Source: an uncultured virus (IMG/VR IMGVR_UViG_3300043427_002950)
Taxonomy: Duplodnaviria; Heunggongvirae; Uroviricota; Caudoviricetes
Virus record (IMG/VR): IMGVR_UViG_3300043427_002950
Coordinates: 1 to 64,000 of that record
DNA: 64,000 nucleotides
Reading direction: 5' to 3' (one strand)
Shown piece after piece: positions 37,501 to 45,936 of the stretch; position 1 is the first letter of the stretch, and every line of letters begins with the position of its first letter. A program made the position numbers and the translations under genes. The notes beneath the pieces were generated by a model that saw nothing but the letters and a program-made list of their open reading frames with translations, was not told the DNA's origin and ran no database searches.

Positions 37501-37990
37501 TCCAATTTTTGACAAGTTTGTTAATTCTTTATTAGGTGGTGAAGGTGCAAGAATAACTGCAAGAAGAAGGGAAGAGAAAAAAGCACAAGCAGAAATTGCA
37601 AAGAAAAAAGCAAAAGAAGAAAAGAAAAGTCCTATTGCTAAAGCACAAAAGGCAGGAGGAAATCTTGTTTCTAGCATTGCTTCATCGGTTTCATCTTTCT
37701 TCGGATTTGGAAATAAATCCAAAAAACCATCTGCAGCAAAACCATCGGGCAAACCAAAAATTGTAAAGGCGCAGGGTGGTGGTCAAATAGGATCATCTAA
37801 TATTAAAGAAAAGCAAATAAATAAATTTGCAGACTATGAAAATCCATTTGAATCTGGAACAGTATATTATCAAGAAAAGATTAAATATATTACAGTCCCA
37901 CAGCAGAATACTTCTAGAGGGCAAATGAAAGTATCATCAGGAGCAAAACCTGAACAAACAGACAACTCTTATAATTTAAGAAGACAGTAA
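31532..37990 (+). CDS. Tape-measure-like virion protein carrying multiple peptidoglycan hydrolase domains
   Basis: 2152 aa; N-terminus paralogous to the upstream gene; amidase, SleB-like, M23, M15, GH24 and a second M23-like motif. Confidence 0.75.
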   Translation: MAAGALVKITGTAIKSSKFLGKNTVKNTGAITTAQKTKKIPTENSSKLTKRNISQGFDFASGVYDAFKKKEEAPQKTSSSNDILKIVQSIEKKVIKIDLLLKNKLEFFKKNQSKKRTDAERERFKSQEEKLESPKKFDVKENLSKSLPKTSLFDIVKRFIFFTTLGWLYDKIIPLVPALIKTFGKIMQVAYFAMEVFGGLANILTKFVAGGIRLVNGLTKTLAVISGARTDKEIQDFEKKFNRMIDLTILAAMLAGDMGFDIFDFLKKGNKGKGGAQAARGAKGVLKGGVGRSIKRIAIKLGGKGGGKVAQRLTKGVSSFANKATGGIFARGGGRALTRLAIKVGGKGGGQFVKGAGKFLGKAAGPIAAVAMAAWDFTSRKASGQSNLQAGVGTAAGVGGALAGAKGGAVVGAAIGSIIPGLGTVLGGIIGGAIGAGAGAWAASGIADKATGANKAVPKEPTIPNAGYSLGGIIRKYENGGVIRPTRQKPQETQVGKDVGGYNEISKLFPDPTGAGKGTGGGSTEGIKSNNQMVWWNPFTWGSKEQPQQTQESEPTIDGPSGGALKSLKDTSSTFKKIPFVGELMGISVDIAMGQKPDKSFYSRISKGLVFLAQKLSTTKSLNLVSDVGGEVQRLATGGIAETVNQDFTNIRFTEKSVEEVSDTLSVIMEKGANDALTDIRKEILRSKISISKKSVDDSRGGSSGGGSDPNFGGGAEVTPGDDSGGNYDDTPHGQPGGAPVKTTSGFNGGKGNKSRKIFLHWTAGSYSTPFSNYHTTFLGDGRAVRYTPYGEDKGTHTGGGNTNSVGLSIAAMGGEGTGPNNFGKYPPTSAQVSAMALEAARLAVAWGWDESTIDSNVRTHGEWERFGTSTGILSGKPQRWDLDKLQQSDQNNSGGNKLRKMIKGYFKQLKKGSSTDSSTGTTKVTSSGATLREMSLASATEVVGDIKSGAGAGSRGVEVSGGGADFWALAAIASLENGNPQGQADVAQSIYNRLLSKLNFGQSSNTIKGHIIAPKQYSPVHESNPALWAAIVDKESAIKAVESHKNGKGRGKKIVEEASKNIKNPGLQQSAKEFIGGRTDFWATSIGMPSSGHSFIVRHGHRFGYFAGPAAIAYGRKNPPVAEVPSLGVNVTIKPGKPQKPESNADAGDKSNKPSGPKTFPLPKGRVGTDSGQVWGAPRSYGPHAGVDVVENPPYGDPKIPVVAYRSGKVINSTPDYPYQRSGYTSNLSIDHGGGLKVTYLHMTPGLKPGDTVQSGQKLGKLIPLGSAPDFMQTHLHFQAYQDNKLINPTNILKSAFHGSFVSKEGTYQLHEGEFVVDKDSVNLLGIDFFKSLNSIENKISLNKIAPDLISRIQETTRGGAYLSQHYPDEKHAEEIDSSNPSSSKETSSNLELAIKNEESKAEKEDEKEDEKEDDKNQRVKVIPASHPQTGRGFAIKGVTDGNGRPLILSKGGIKAFGEMMQDSKGAVKGSDVASGKRSVAHNRKVGGVPNSNHLGGNALDIHGTSEPWMRRHGKTYGWIVNDYPGSHGGHFDYKGDDKDSGGDTLATMSSDSTIDSVTDYSTSPSRGGGSGGGGGGGAPSGGGGGGGAPPGNDPVDIEAEPTETLIPGKPSKSKPGSKGEEDLTLDILGSYEGLRLEAYPDAIYGWGVPTIGFGATKINGRPVKAGDKITKEQAYALKKHDMERHKDRVVQQLGKESLDKLPAHVRIPLMSIAFNYGSLPSGVSERVKSGLAKGDYTELADYIENRLGRHDKGINQWRRSDEAKIIRTGKSGRLQGFDASPNAIAKLERDEKSKDGERPTEAGGDPGDIEKDQQIAGSTKDKRYGRLGVPNTDGQDTGADLELFGRRGEIGKSFGDNDKSGPYGNRGVEISFPYELVYLDKIPGGRNAGRKSIDVDGTQRRVYKGAEGSAGFGNVGSYFYKDPRTGKMFEVMMGHGNKPFKKFKNGEKIPAGTVVGWQGASGSSDSMQGGVYDHVSFHVNAVDGGDPGPIFDKFVNSLLGGEGARITARRREEKKAQAEIAKKKAKEEKKSPIAKAQKAGGNLVSSIASSVSSFFGFGNKSKKPSAAKPSGKPKIVKAQGGGQIGSSNIKEKQINKFADYENPFESGTVYYQEKIKYITVPQQNTSRGQMKVSSGAKPEQTDNSYNLRRQ

Positions 37991-37991
37991 A

Positions 37992-39332
37992 ATGGGAGTA
38001 AATGCAGCTGCTCAGGGTGGAGAATGTCAAATAGATGTATTTGATATAACTTCAAATTATTCTGGAAAAAGTGTAGACATTAGAGAAGGAGTAATTTCCT
38101 TAGCAATATATGAAAGTTTGCTTGATAGCACAGTTAGAGTTAATGTAGCATATATTGATACTGGTTATGGTGGGGGGAAGGCATTAAGTGAATCTGGATT
38201 CAATAACAGTGTTGGGGAAAAAACTGAACTTGTAGTAAGGCAATTTTTAGATGGTAAAATTATAAAATTAATTTTTAAAGGTGACTATCAATTAAGAACT
38301 TCTAATAATTCTAGAGAAGCCATGAATGGTGGAAGTACAACTATGACTTCTGTTAATACATGGTTTTATTCAAAAGAATCTATGGATAATCATTTAATTG
38401 ATAAAAGAGTTGTAAAAAAATATGAACGAAAAATATCTGATAATGTATTTACGATTCTGAAAGATGTATTAGGAACAAAAAAATCAATATACACAGATGC
38501 GTCAAAAAATGATTTTAATTTTTTAGGTGGGAATGAAAAGCCATTTCATAAAGTAACTTGGTTATGTAAAAGAACTGTCCCTGAAGGAATTGGAGGGCAA
38601 GGAATATTGGCGGGATATTTATTTTATGAAATTGCTAATGATAATGTTCGTAATGCTGGAGGATATTATTTTAAATCCGTAGACATATTATTTTCTCAGG
38701 CTCCAGTGAAGAAATTTATTTTATCAAATACGAATGAAATTCCTAATGGATATGATGCAAAAATTATCAATCACGTAGAGAAAACAAGTATAGATTTAGA
38801 TGATCATTTAGTTTCTGGATCTTTATTTAAACGTAATTTAGAAACTTTTGAACCTTTTAAGAACAAATATTCAAAGGATGATTTCGATTACAAGGCACAA
38901 AATCTTATAGTTAATAATGGTGGTAAAGAATTTTGGAAAATTGCAACTGATATAAATTTCCAAAATAATGTTACAAGATATTCTAGTAAAATGTTTGATA
39001 CTGGAACTTTGCCAACGGGAAGGACTTGGGGGGAACAGAAAAAAGAATCCAAAGAAATTAATTTCGACATGGATGAAATATTGAGGCAGTCAACAAATAG
39101 ATATAATCAATTAGGAACGATAAGATTAGATATAACTATAGCAATAGATTTGACTTTACATGTGGGAGATATGATTTTTTGCGATTTCCCAGAAATTGGG
39201 GATTCAAAAACACAAAGGCCAAGTAAGAATAAAAGTGGACTATATATGATAATGGATCTTTGTCATAGAATTACAGATAAGGGATCGTGGACGGGTTTGC
39301 ATTTAGTTAGAGATACAATTTACAGAAAATAG
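37992..39332 (+). CDS. Baseplate hub protein, gp27-like
   Basis: YESLLD, GYLFYE..YYFKSVD, LHVGDMIFC, SGLYMIMDLCH..LVRD; directly upstream of gp5. Confidence 0.6.
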   Translation: MGVNAAAQGGECQIDVFDITSNYSGKSVDIREGVISLAIYESLLDSTVRVNVAYIDTGYGGGKALSESGFNNSVGEKTELVVRQFLDGKIIKLIFKGDYQLRTSNNSREAMNGGSTTMTSVNTWFYSKESMDNHLIDKRVVKKYERKISDNVFTILKDVLGTKKSIYTDASKNDFNFLGGNEKPFHKVTWLCKRTVPEGIGGQGILAGYLFYEIANDNVRNAGGYYFKSVDILFSQAPVKKFILSNTNEIPNGYDAKIINHVEKTSIDLDDHLVSGSLFKRNLETFEPFKNKYSKDDFDYKAQNLIVNNGGKEFWKIATDINFQNNVTRYSSKMFDTGTLPTGRTWGEQKKESKEINFDMDEILRQSTNRYNQLGTIRLDITIAIDLTLHVGDMIFCDFPEIGDSKTQRPSKNKSGLYMIMDLCHRITDKGSWTGLHLVRDTIYRK

Positions 39333-39350
39333 TAACTAAGGAGGAATCTT

Positions 39351-39563
39351 ATGGAAAGCATAGAAAAGCACATTGAAGTAGACAAAGATATTCTTGATAA
39401 TCCCACGACTTCACCTCAAACTCGCAGGCATATTGAAGGTGAATTGGAGCAATTAGAGATGTATCATGAAAGACATCCAGAAGATCATCACGATCCATCA
39501 TCTCTTGAATTATATTGTGATTCAAATCCAGATGCTTTAGAGTGTAGAATTTACGAAGATTAA
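39351..39563 (+). CDS. cp12: CP12 Calvin-cycle inhibitor (phage type)
   Basis: C-terminal LELYCDSNPDALECRIYED; AGGAGG SD. Confidence 0.88.
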   Translation: MESIEKHIEVDKDILDNPTTSPQTRRHIEGELEQLEMYHERHPEDHHDPSSLELYCDSNPDALECRIYED

Positions 39564-39568
39564 TCTTT

Positions 39569-42500
39569 ATGTCAGGACAAGGAACTTTATTTAATTCCGA
39601 TTCAAGTGGAGTGAATTTGACTTACATGTGGTTTGGTCAAATAGTTGACGAATCTACATGGGTTGAGAATCTTGCTAGAGAAGATGGAAAACATAGCCTT
39701 AGATCTAGAGATGATTTTCAAGGTTATGGATATAGGTATAAAGTAAGAATTTTTGGTAGAGATTTGGAGGATAAAGAAAAAGGAACTCCAGATGAAGAGC
39801 TTTATATGGCAGAAGTCTCACTTCCAGTAACTGCTGGAAGTGGTCATGGGGGGTCTGTCCAAACTCCAAATTTAAGACAAGGAAATTATGTATTTGGTTT
39901 TTACAAAGATGGTGTAGAAGCAACAGAGCCCATTATATTTGGATTGCTGCCAAATCATGCACAGACAAGACTTTTTGGTGGAGATCCAGATAAAGGATTT
40001 TTCTCAAGAACTGGATTTGTTGGAAGAAATGGATCCGATGATGTTGCCACTAAAAATTTATTAGGAGAAGGTCCAGACGCGGGAGTTCCTTTTAGTGAAT
40101 CTGCTGGAGGAAATTATGTATTGGATGTTAGAGATATTGACATTTTAAAAGAACAACGAACTCATTATCTTCCAAAAACATATGCATGTGATGCAAAATC
40201 GGGAGGTGCTCTTTCTGCAATTCAAAAAGTTATAAAGGATGTTCAGGCACTTATTAATAAGATAAAAGCAGCTGCAGATACTTTTGCTGGAGCAGTTTCT
40301 GATGTAATAAATGGCATCAATTCACTTATCGAAGATGTCGCATTATTAGTAACTGATCTCATGAAAGGCATTATTGATAAAATGAGAGGATTTGCAGAAA
40401 ATATTCTCAATAAAACTTTAATTTTAATCCAAGCAAATCTTCCCCCAAACTTAACACCAGCAGCTAATGAAGGTGCTCAAGTAGTTGTTGATATCTTAGC
40501 ATGTGTTTTTAATAAGATAATTAAAGGTCTTTTGGGTGCAGTATTTAAACTCTTAAATGGTCTTCTTGGCAAGGCCATGGATACCGCACAATGTTTAATT
40601 GAGTCATTTATGGGAAGTTTATTGGGCGGAATATTGGGCCCAATAGCAAATGCTCTTTCTCAAATAGGTGATGTTTTGGGATCTATTTTGGGGGGCCTTA
40701 GTGGAATAATGAGTGGAATATTTAATGCACTGAGTTCGATTTTGGGAATCATTGCATTTTTGACTTGTGATGAAGATGCTGATTGTAGTGCTGGAGATGG
40801 TTGGAGTTTTTGGTATGGTGATTCATCTAGTAATATTAGCATACCAAATCTAAGTAACATAATACAATTAAACGCATTTAGTGGTGGAGTAACTGGTGGT
40901 GTATCAGCATGTCTTGCAAACTCCAAAAAACCAAAGAAAGCAAAACCACCAAAAGTTAAGTTTATAGGTGGTGGTGGAATTGGTGCGATTGGAAATCCAA
41001 TTATTAGCCCACAGGGAGAAATATTGGGAGTAGATATTATTGATGGGGGAACAGGATATACATCATCACCAACTGTAGTATTAAGTGATGATGGTCCTGG
41101 AAGTGGAACCGTTTTATATGCAAGATTAGAGAATGATAATACGTTTTTTGGAGGAACTGGTGGAGAAACTAGTAGAAATCCAGATTCTGCAAATACACAA
41201 ACAGAACCTACTGTAAGGGATGTTCCTTTAAAGATAAATTCAAAATCAACCCTGCCAACTTTTACAGTAAATCCAATTTCACCTCCATCTGGAGCAACTC
41301 CTTTAGGGACTGGAGAACCTTTAACATATTCAAATGTCCCAGTAAATGTTGGGGGAAATGGCGGAACTCCTATTACCGTTGGGGGATCTGGGGGAAATCC
41401 ATTAACATATAATCAAAGACCTGTGACTGATGGAGGAACTGGGTTTTCATTATTTGTAGGTGGTGATGGAACTCCAGTCATTACAAATGCTGGACCTTTA
41501 GTTCTCGGTGGAACTGGAGGAACACCAGTTAATGTTGGAGGTAATGGAGGATCTCAACTTCAAGGACTGACAAACAATCAAAATATAATAGCAAGTGTAG
41601 ATATACCATTATTTGAAGGCGTAGAAAATATTGTTATTTTGCAAGGTCCATATACTGGAGAATTTAATGGAAGAGGCACATATGAAAATGGATCTTTCAA
41701 AGGCAATGGAACATTAAATGGAAAAACTAATTTGGGTCAAGATTTTAGTTTAGGTGGATCCTTTAGTGGATTCGATACTTTATTAGTTGGTTCTGGTCAA
41801 GGTTCTTTCAAAGGAACTGGTCAGGTTATAAACAGTAGATTTGTTGGTGAGGGAATATTTACTGCCGACGTAAAAAATATCTCAAATTTGTTAAATAATT
41901 CTCCAAATTCTGAAGATCAATTTGGAAAAAATATTACTACATTGCCAAATGGAACTAAAATTGAATCTAATCCAGATGGAACTGGGTCAATAACAACACC
42001 AAATGGAAATATAACAGCAGTATCATTTGTAAAAATTGGAGCCACCTCTGGATCTCCAGTCACTGTAAATGGGGTTCCCGTCATTTTAAATGGAGAACTC
42101 GCCACAGTCGGTGGAAATGGCGGAACTATACTTAGAGTAGATTTACAATGCACTGGCAATTTAGCAACTTCTGGGGGATATCCTGTACAAGTTGCTGGAA
42201 TAAATGTCTGTAGTGGAAATTCTGGAATACCTTTAGTCGCAGGAGCAAATTCTTTAAATTCTCCTGCAGTCGCAAATGGAGTCCCATTAAATTCTAATGC
42301 GGGCGTAATAAGATCAGCAGAAGATTTGGGATCATCTGCTGGTGGAGTAAGTGTTCCAGGAACTTTTTCTGGTCCAGATGGTTCTCCGATCCAGGAAGTT
42401 GTTGTTATAGATCCTGGAGTTGGTTATTTGCCAGCACCAGATGGATCCATTTATGCCGATGGGGTTAAGTTTTCAAATCCAGAAGATACAATAATATTCG

Positions 42501-43108
42501 ATGAAAATAGTGGATATAGTGTTTATCCACCAAATACTACAATTCCTGTTCTTGTTGGAAATGTGGCATATTTACCAACAGGAACACTTGCTGGAGTATA
42601 TGATAATGAAGGCAATGAACTTCAATCATTAACTGGATTTGGACAAGAAACGGGGATAACAATCCAAAACAATGGACTGATAACTACACCAAATACAAAT
42701 ATAGTTGATTTAAGTAATCAAATCACTAATCCATCTTCTAGTGATGGATCTTATCCTGTCGTTTTGATATTAAATGATGTTTTAATAGCAAATCCTGGAA
42801 TTAATTATTCAGCAAATGATAAAATTGAATTGCAACCAAATTCTGGTTCTATATTAGAACCGAAATATGATAAGTTTGGAAGACTTGAATCGGTAAATAT
42901 TGTAAATCCAGGAATAGGATTTACAAGTGTACCTAAAATCTTTATTAGATCCAATACTGGAATTAATGCAGTTATTAAGCCAATATTTGGAGTTAAGAGA
43001 ATTGGTAATGATCTAAATGAATTAACTGACGAAAGAATTGGAACAGATCCCAATGTGTCTTTGATCCAAATTATAGATTGTGTAGGAAAAATTTCTAGGA
43101 GACCTTAA
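39569..43108 (+). CDS. gp5: Baseplate central spike gp5-like protein (OB-fold N-terminus, no lysozyme domain seen)
   Basis: WFGQIVD, RYKVRIFG, GNYVFGFYKDG..PIIFG; GxGY repeat modules; C-terminal IIDCVG. Confidence 0.7.
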   Translation: MSGQGTLFNSDSSGVNLTYMWFGQIVDESTWVENLAREDGKHSLRSRDDFQGYGYRYKVRIFGRDLEDKEKGTPDEELYMAEVSLPVTAGSGHGGSVQTPNLRQGNYVFGFYKDGVEATEPIIFGLLPNHAQTRLFGGDPDKGFFSRTGFVGRNGSDDVATKNLLGEGPDAGVPFSESAGGNYVLDVRDIDILKEQRTHYLPKTYACDAKSGGALSAIQKVIKDVQALINKIKAAADTFAGAVSDVINGINSLIEDVALLVTDLMKGIIDKMRGFAENILNKTLILIQANLPPNLTPAANEGAQVVVDILACVFNKIIKGLLGAVFKLLNGLLGKAMDTAQCLIESFMGSLLGGILGPIANALSQIGDVLGSILGGLSGIMSGIFNALSSILGIIAFLTCDEDADCSAGDGWSFWYGDSSSNISIPNLSNIIQLNAFSGGVTGGVSACLANSKKPKKAKPPKVKFIGGGGIGAIGNPIISPQGEILGVDIIDGGTGYTSSPTVVLSDDGPGSGTVLYARLENDNTFFGGTGGETSRNPDSANTQTEPTVRDVPLKINSKSTLPTFTVNPISPPSGATPLGTGEPLTYSNVPVNVGGNGGTPITVGGSGGNPLTYNQRPVTDGGTGFSLFVGGDGTPVITNAGPLVLGGTGGTPVNVGGNGGSQLQGLTNNQNIIASVDIPLFEGVENIVILQGPYTGEFNGRGTYENGSFKGNGTLNGKTNLGQDFSLGGSFSGFDTLLVGSGQGSFKGTGQVINSRFVGEGIFTADVKNISNLLNNSPNSEDQFGKNITTLPNGTKIESNPDGTGSITTPNGNITAVSFVKIGATSGSPVTVNGVPVILNGELATVGGNGGTILRVDLQCTGNLATSGGYPVQVAGINVCSGNSGIPLVAGANSLNSPAVANGVPLNSNAGVIRSAEDLGSSAGGVSVPGTFSGPDGSPIQEVVVIDPGVGYLPAPDGSIYADGVKFSNPEDTIIFDENSGYSVYPPNTTIPVLVGNVAYLPTGTLAGVYDNEGNELQSLTGFGQETGITIQNNGLITTPNTNIVDLSNQITNPSSSDGSYPVVLILNDVLIANPGINYSANDKIELQPNSGSILEPKYDKFGRLESVNIVNPGIGFTSVPKIFIRSNTGINAVIKPIFGVKRIGNDLNELTDERIGTDPNVSLIQIIDCVGKISRRP

Positions 43109-43785
43109 TGACAAAAAAAATTAATGAGCAAAAGAAAACATCTCAAAGTGGAGCTAAAACAAATCAGAATCATTTAGTATATGGAAATAAAAATGGTCAA
43201 ATAGAATTTGGACATCTCCATTTGGCAAGTGGAAGTAAAGTTGATGCTGACGTAACTTCTGGGGTGATGCTTCAAGCACATGACTCTAGGCATTATATGA
43301 CAATGGATAATGACGGGGCAAGGCCAGGATGGACATCAAATCGTTCTCCTGGTCCATATCAAATTTGGTGTGCTTCAGATCATGCTGGAAAAATTGGTGC
43401 AAGTGCTGTAGGTGGGGATTGGCCTGGAGTTGGATTTTTCTTACTGGCAGAAAATGGAGATATAATTATTCGTGCTCCTAAGGGCAGAATTCGTATGTCT
43501 GCAATGGACATAGATATAAGAGCAGAAGGACCAGATCTGACAAGAGGAACAATAAATCTTGATTCAAATGAATCGGTAAATATTAAAACTGGAAACTTTG
43601 ATGTTAAGGCTCAAAAGGGAATAACAATATTTTGCCCCAAATCTATTAATATAGCATCAAATACTTCATTAAATTTTATTGGAAATTTCGTATCTGGATT
43701 AACAGCTGGATGTCAATTTAAACCTGATAAATTGAATCCAGTTACAACTTTAACAATGTTACTTAAGCAAAATTATTTTGGTTAA
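43108..43785 (+). CDS. gp5 C-terminal-like beta-rich structural protein
   Basis: AENGDIIIRAPKGRIRMSAMDIDI beta-repeat; position after gp5. Confidence 0.55.
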   Translation: MTKKINEQKKTSQSGAKTNQNHLVYGNKNGQIEFGHLHLASGSKVDADVTSGVMLQAHDSRHYMTMDNDGARPGWTSNRSPGPYQIWCASDHAGKIGASAVGGDWPGVGFFLLAENGDIIIRAPKGRIRMSAMDIDIRAEGPDLTRGTINLDSNESVNIKTGNFDVKAQKGITIFCPKSINIASNTSLNFIGNFVSGLTAGCQFKPDKLNPVTTLTMLLKQNYFG

Positions 43786-43788
43786 TTT

Positions 43789-44607
43789 ATGGCATACGCA
43801 GTAGACGATATTACAGCATCCCATCAATTGAATGTGGGAGCTGGATATCCCCCAGCTTTATTGTTGGGACCAGCAAGAATTAGAGGTTCTAGTTTTATTG
43901 AGGGTCCGTCTGTATTTGGAAATCCTTTTATTTGGCCAAATGTTTGGGCAACTGTAATGATTGGTCCAAATACAAATTTAGATTCTCCACCTACTTTTGC
44001 CCCAGGTGCTTTATGTTGGGGTGGACCAGCATTGAATAATCCATATTCTTTAGCAACTATTGGAAATTCTGGTTTTTTTGGCAACGTTGATGTAGCTGGA
44101 AATGTTTGTGCTGGATTTAATATAGTAGCACAGGGAGAAGTTGTTTCTAGGTGCGGTGCTCACATTCTATCGTTGAAAAAGAATTTTGATATTAAACATC
44201 CAACAAAAAATGGATGGAGATTGAGACATACTTGCCCAGAAGGTCCAAGTAATGATGTTTATATTAGAGGAAAAGTTGCAAGTAAAGATTACATTGAATT
44301 ACCAGAATATTGGAGGGGGTTAGTTGATCACACAACAATCACTGTAAATTTGACTCCAATCGGTGCCCATCAAGATGTAATCGTAAAAAGAATCGATGAG
44401 AATAAAGTGTATCTTCAATCAAAAGGAGGTATGCCAATCAATTGCTTCTATCACATTTATGGTGAAAGAAAAGATGGTGATAAATTAATCCCCGAATATA
44501 AAGGATTTAATCCCCAAGATTATCCAGGAGACAATACAGAATATTCTATTGTTGGATGGAATTACGACCAACGTGAAGATCAAACAACTAATCTTAAGAG
44601 GGCATAA
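43789..44607 (+). CDS. Structural protein with C-terminal chaperone-like domain
   Basis: KNFDIKHPTKNGWRLRHTCPEGP..VYIRG..LPEYW..TVNLTPIG. Confidence 0.6.
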   Translation: MAYAVDDITASHQLNVGAGYPPALLLGPARIRGSSFIEGPSVFGNPFIWPNVWATVMIGPNTNLDSPPTFAPGALCWGGPALNNPYSLATIGNSGFFGNVDVAGNVCAGFNIVAQGEVVSRCGAHILSLKKNFDIKHPTKNGWRLRHTCPEGPSNDVYIRGKVASKDYIELPEYWRGLVDHTTITVNLTPIGAHQDVIVKRIDENKVYLQSKGGMPINCFYHIYGERKDGDKLIPEYKGFNPQDYPGDNTEYSIVGWNYDQREDQTTNLKRA

Positions 44608-44609
44608 TT

Positions 44610-45272
44610 ATGGCTGGAACAAATATGACTCCAAGAACGGTTGCAAAACCGAACTGCAGACCAAAACAAATATGGGCAATACCATATGGAAGTTTTATAA
44701 GACCTCTACTTCCATATACGGGGGATGACAATAGAAGTTTTGATGTTTTCAATGGGTGCCAATTATATTATCATGATAGAGTTTTCGTTAATGATTTGAG
44801 ATGGACTGATGGATGTGGTGGGACATTATCATCAAGATCTTGCGTTTGGAATGCTAAAAAAAGTTTTGATATTCCCCATCCAACAAGAGATGGGCATAGA
44901 TTAAGGCATGTATGTTTAGAAGGTCCAGATGCTGATGTTTATATTAAAGGAAAATTGGCAGAAGGAAATGTTATTAAACTTCCCGACTATTGGCCAAAAT
45001 TAGTTAATTTAGATACTATAAATGTTACTTTAACACCGATTGGTGTATATCAAGAATTATTTGTTGAAGCAGTCCAATGGGGAACAAGAGTAATTGTTAA
45101 AAATAATTTGGGCGGACCAATAAATTGTTACTATCAAATTATGGCAGAACGAATTGATGTTGAGAAAAATATTTCAGAATATGAGGGGTTGACGCCAATG
45201 GCATATCCAGGAGATAATAGTGGTAGTACTATTAATGAAGGTCTGATATTTGATGGAGAATACAATTCATGA
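44610..45272 (+). CDS. Paralog of the upstream protein (same C-terminal domain)
   Basis: KSFDIPHPTRDGHRLRHVCLEGP..VYIKG..LPDYW..NVTLTPIG. Confidence 0.6.
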   Translation: MAGTNMTPRTVAKPNCRPKQIWAIPYGSFIRPLLPYTGDDNRSFDVFNGCQLYYHDRVFVNDLRWTDGCGGTLSSRSCVWNAKKSFDIPHPTRDGHRLRHVCLEGPDADVYIKGKLAEGNVIKLPDYWPKLVNLDTINVTLTPIGVYQELFVEAVQWGTRVIVKNNLGGPINCYYQIMAERIDVEKNISEYEGLTPMAYPGDNSGSTINEGLIFDGEYNS

Positions 45273-45936
45273 GGTATGTCCTCTAATTGTTTATCAAGGT
45301 ACAATTAGAACACACAAAGAATTTAAAGAAAAATATCTTGATGAACTTCGTGATTATTGGTTTAATGGATATGTACATGAAAGTCCAGAATGCTCTGGTA
45401 AAATTTTTGCACATTTGAATGAAAACTATTCCGATTTTTTTTCCGAATTGAAAAGGAATGTTGATGGTTATTTTGATACACTCTCAGTTGATCATTCAAA
45501 ATTATCTTACCATGTAGTCAAAACTTGGGTAGGTTATCATGGAGATAATGAAACTCCATCAGTATCCCCACATACGCATAACGAATCGAATTTAAGTTTT
45601 GTTTATTATCTCAAAACAGATCCAACTTCAGATAAATTTTGCGTTTCTGTTCAGGGAGATAATAAAAATGAATGCATACGTGGACTTTTTGAAACTGCAG
45701 AAAAGCATAATTTAATTAAGCAATATAATAGATACAATTGTAGTGTCTATACGATTACTCCTGTTGAAGGAACTGTTGTAATTTTTCCAAGCAATATTGG
45801 ACACTTCACTCAACAATATATTGATAGAGCAGATGAACGAATTGTTGTTGCTGGAGATATTAGAATAACTTTATCTGAAGATTCTTTCTATCATCATCAA
45901 GGATCTACTCACCCGTCTCAGTGGCTTTCATTATAA
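45250..45936 (+). CDS. 2OG-Fe(II) oxygenase-like protein
   Basis: PHTH..LSFVYYL, PVEGTVVIFPSNIGH, ERIVVA. Confidence 0.78.
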   Translation: MMENTIHEVCPLIVYQGTIRTHKEFKEKYLDELRDYWFNGYVHESPECSGKIFAHLNENYSDFFSELKRNVDGYFDTLSVDHSKLSYHVVKTWVGYHGDNETPSVSPHTHNESNLSFVYYLKTDPTSDKFCVSVQGDNKNECIRGLFETAEKHNLIKQYNRYNCSVYTITPVEGTVVIFPSNIGHFTQQYIDRADERIVVAGDIRITLSEDSFYHHQGSTHPSQWLSL

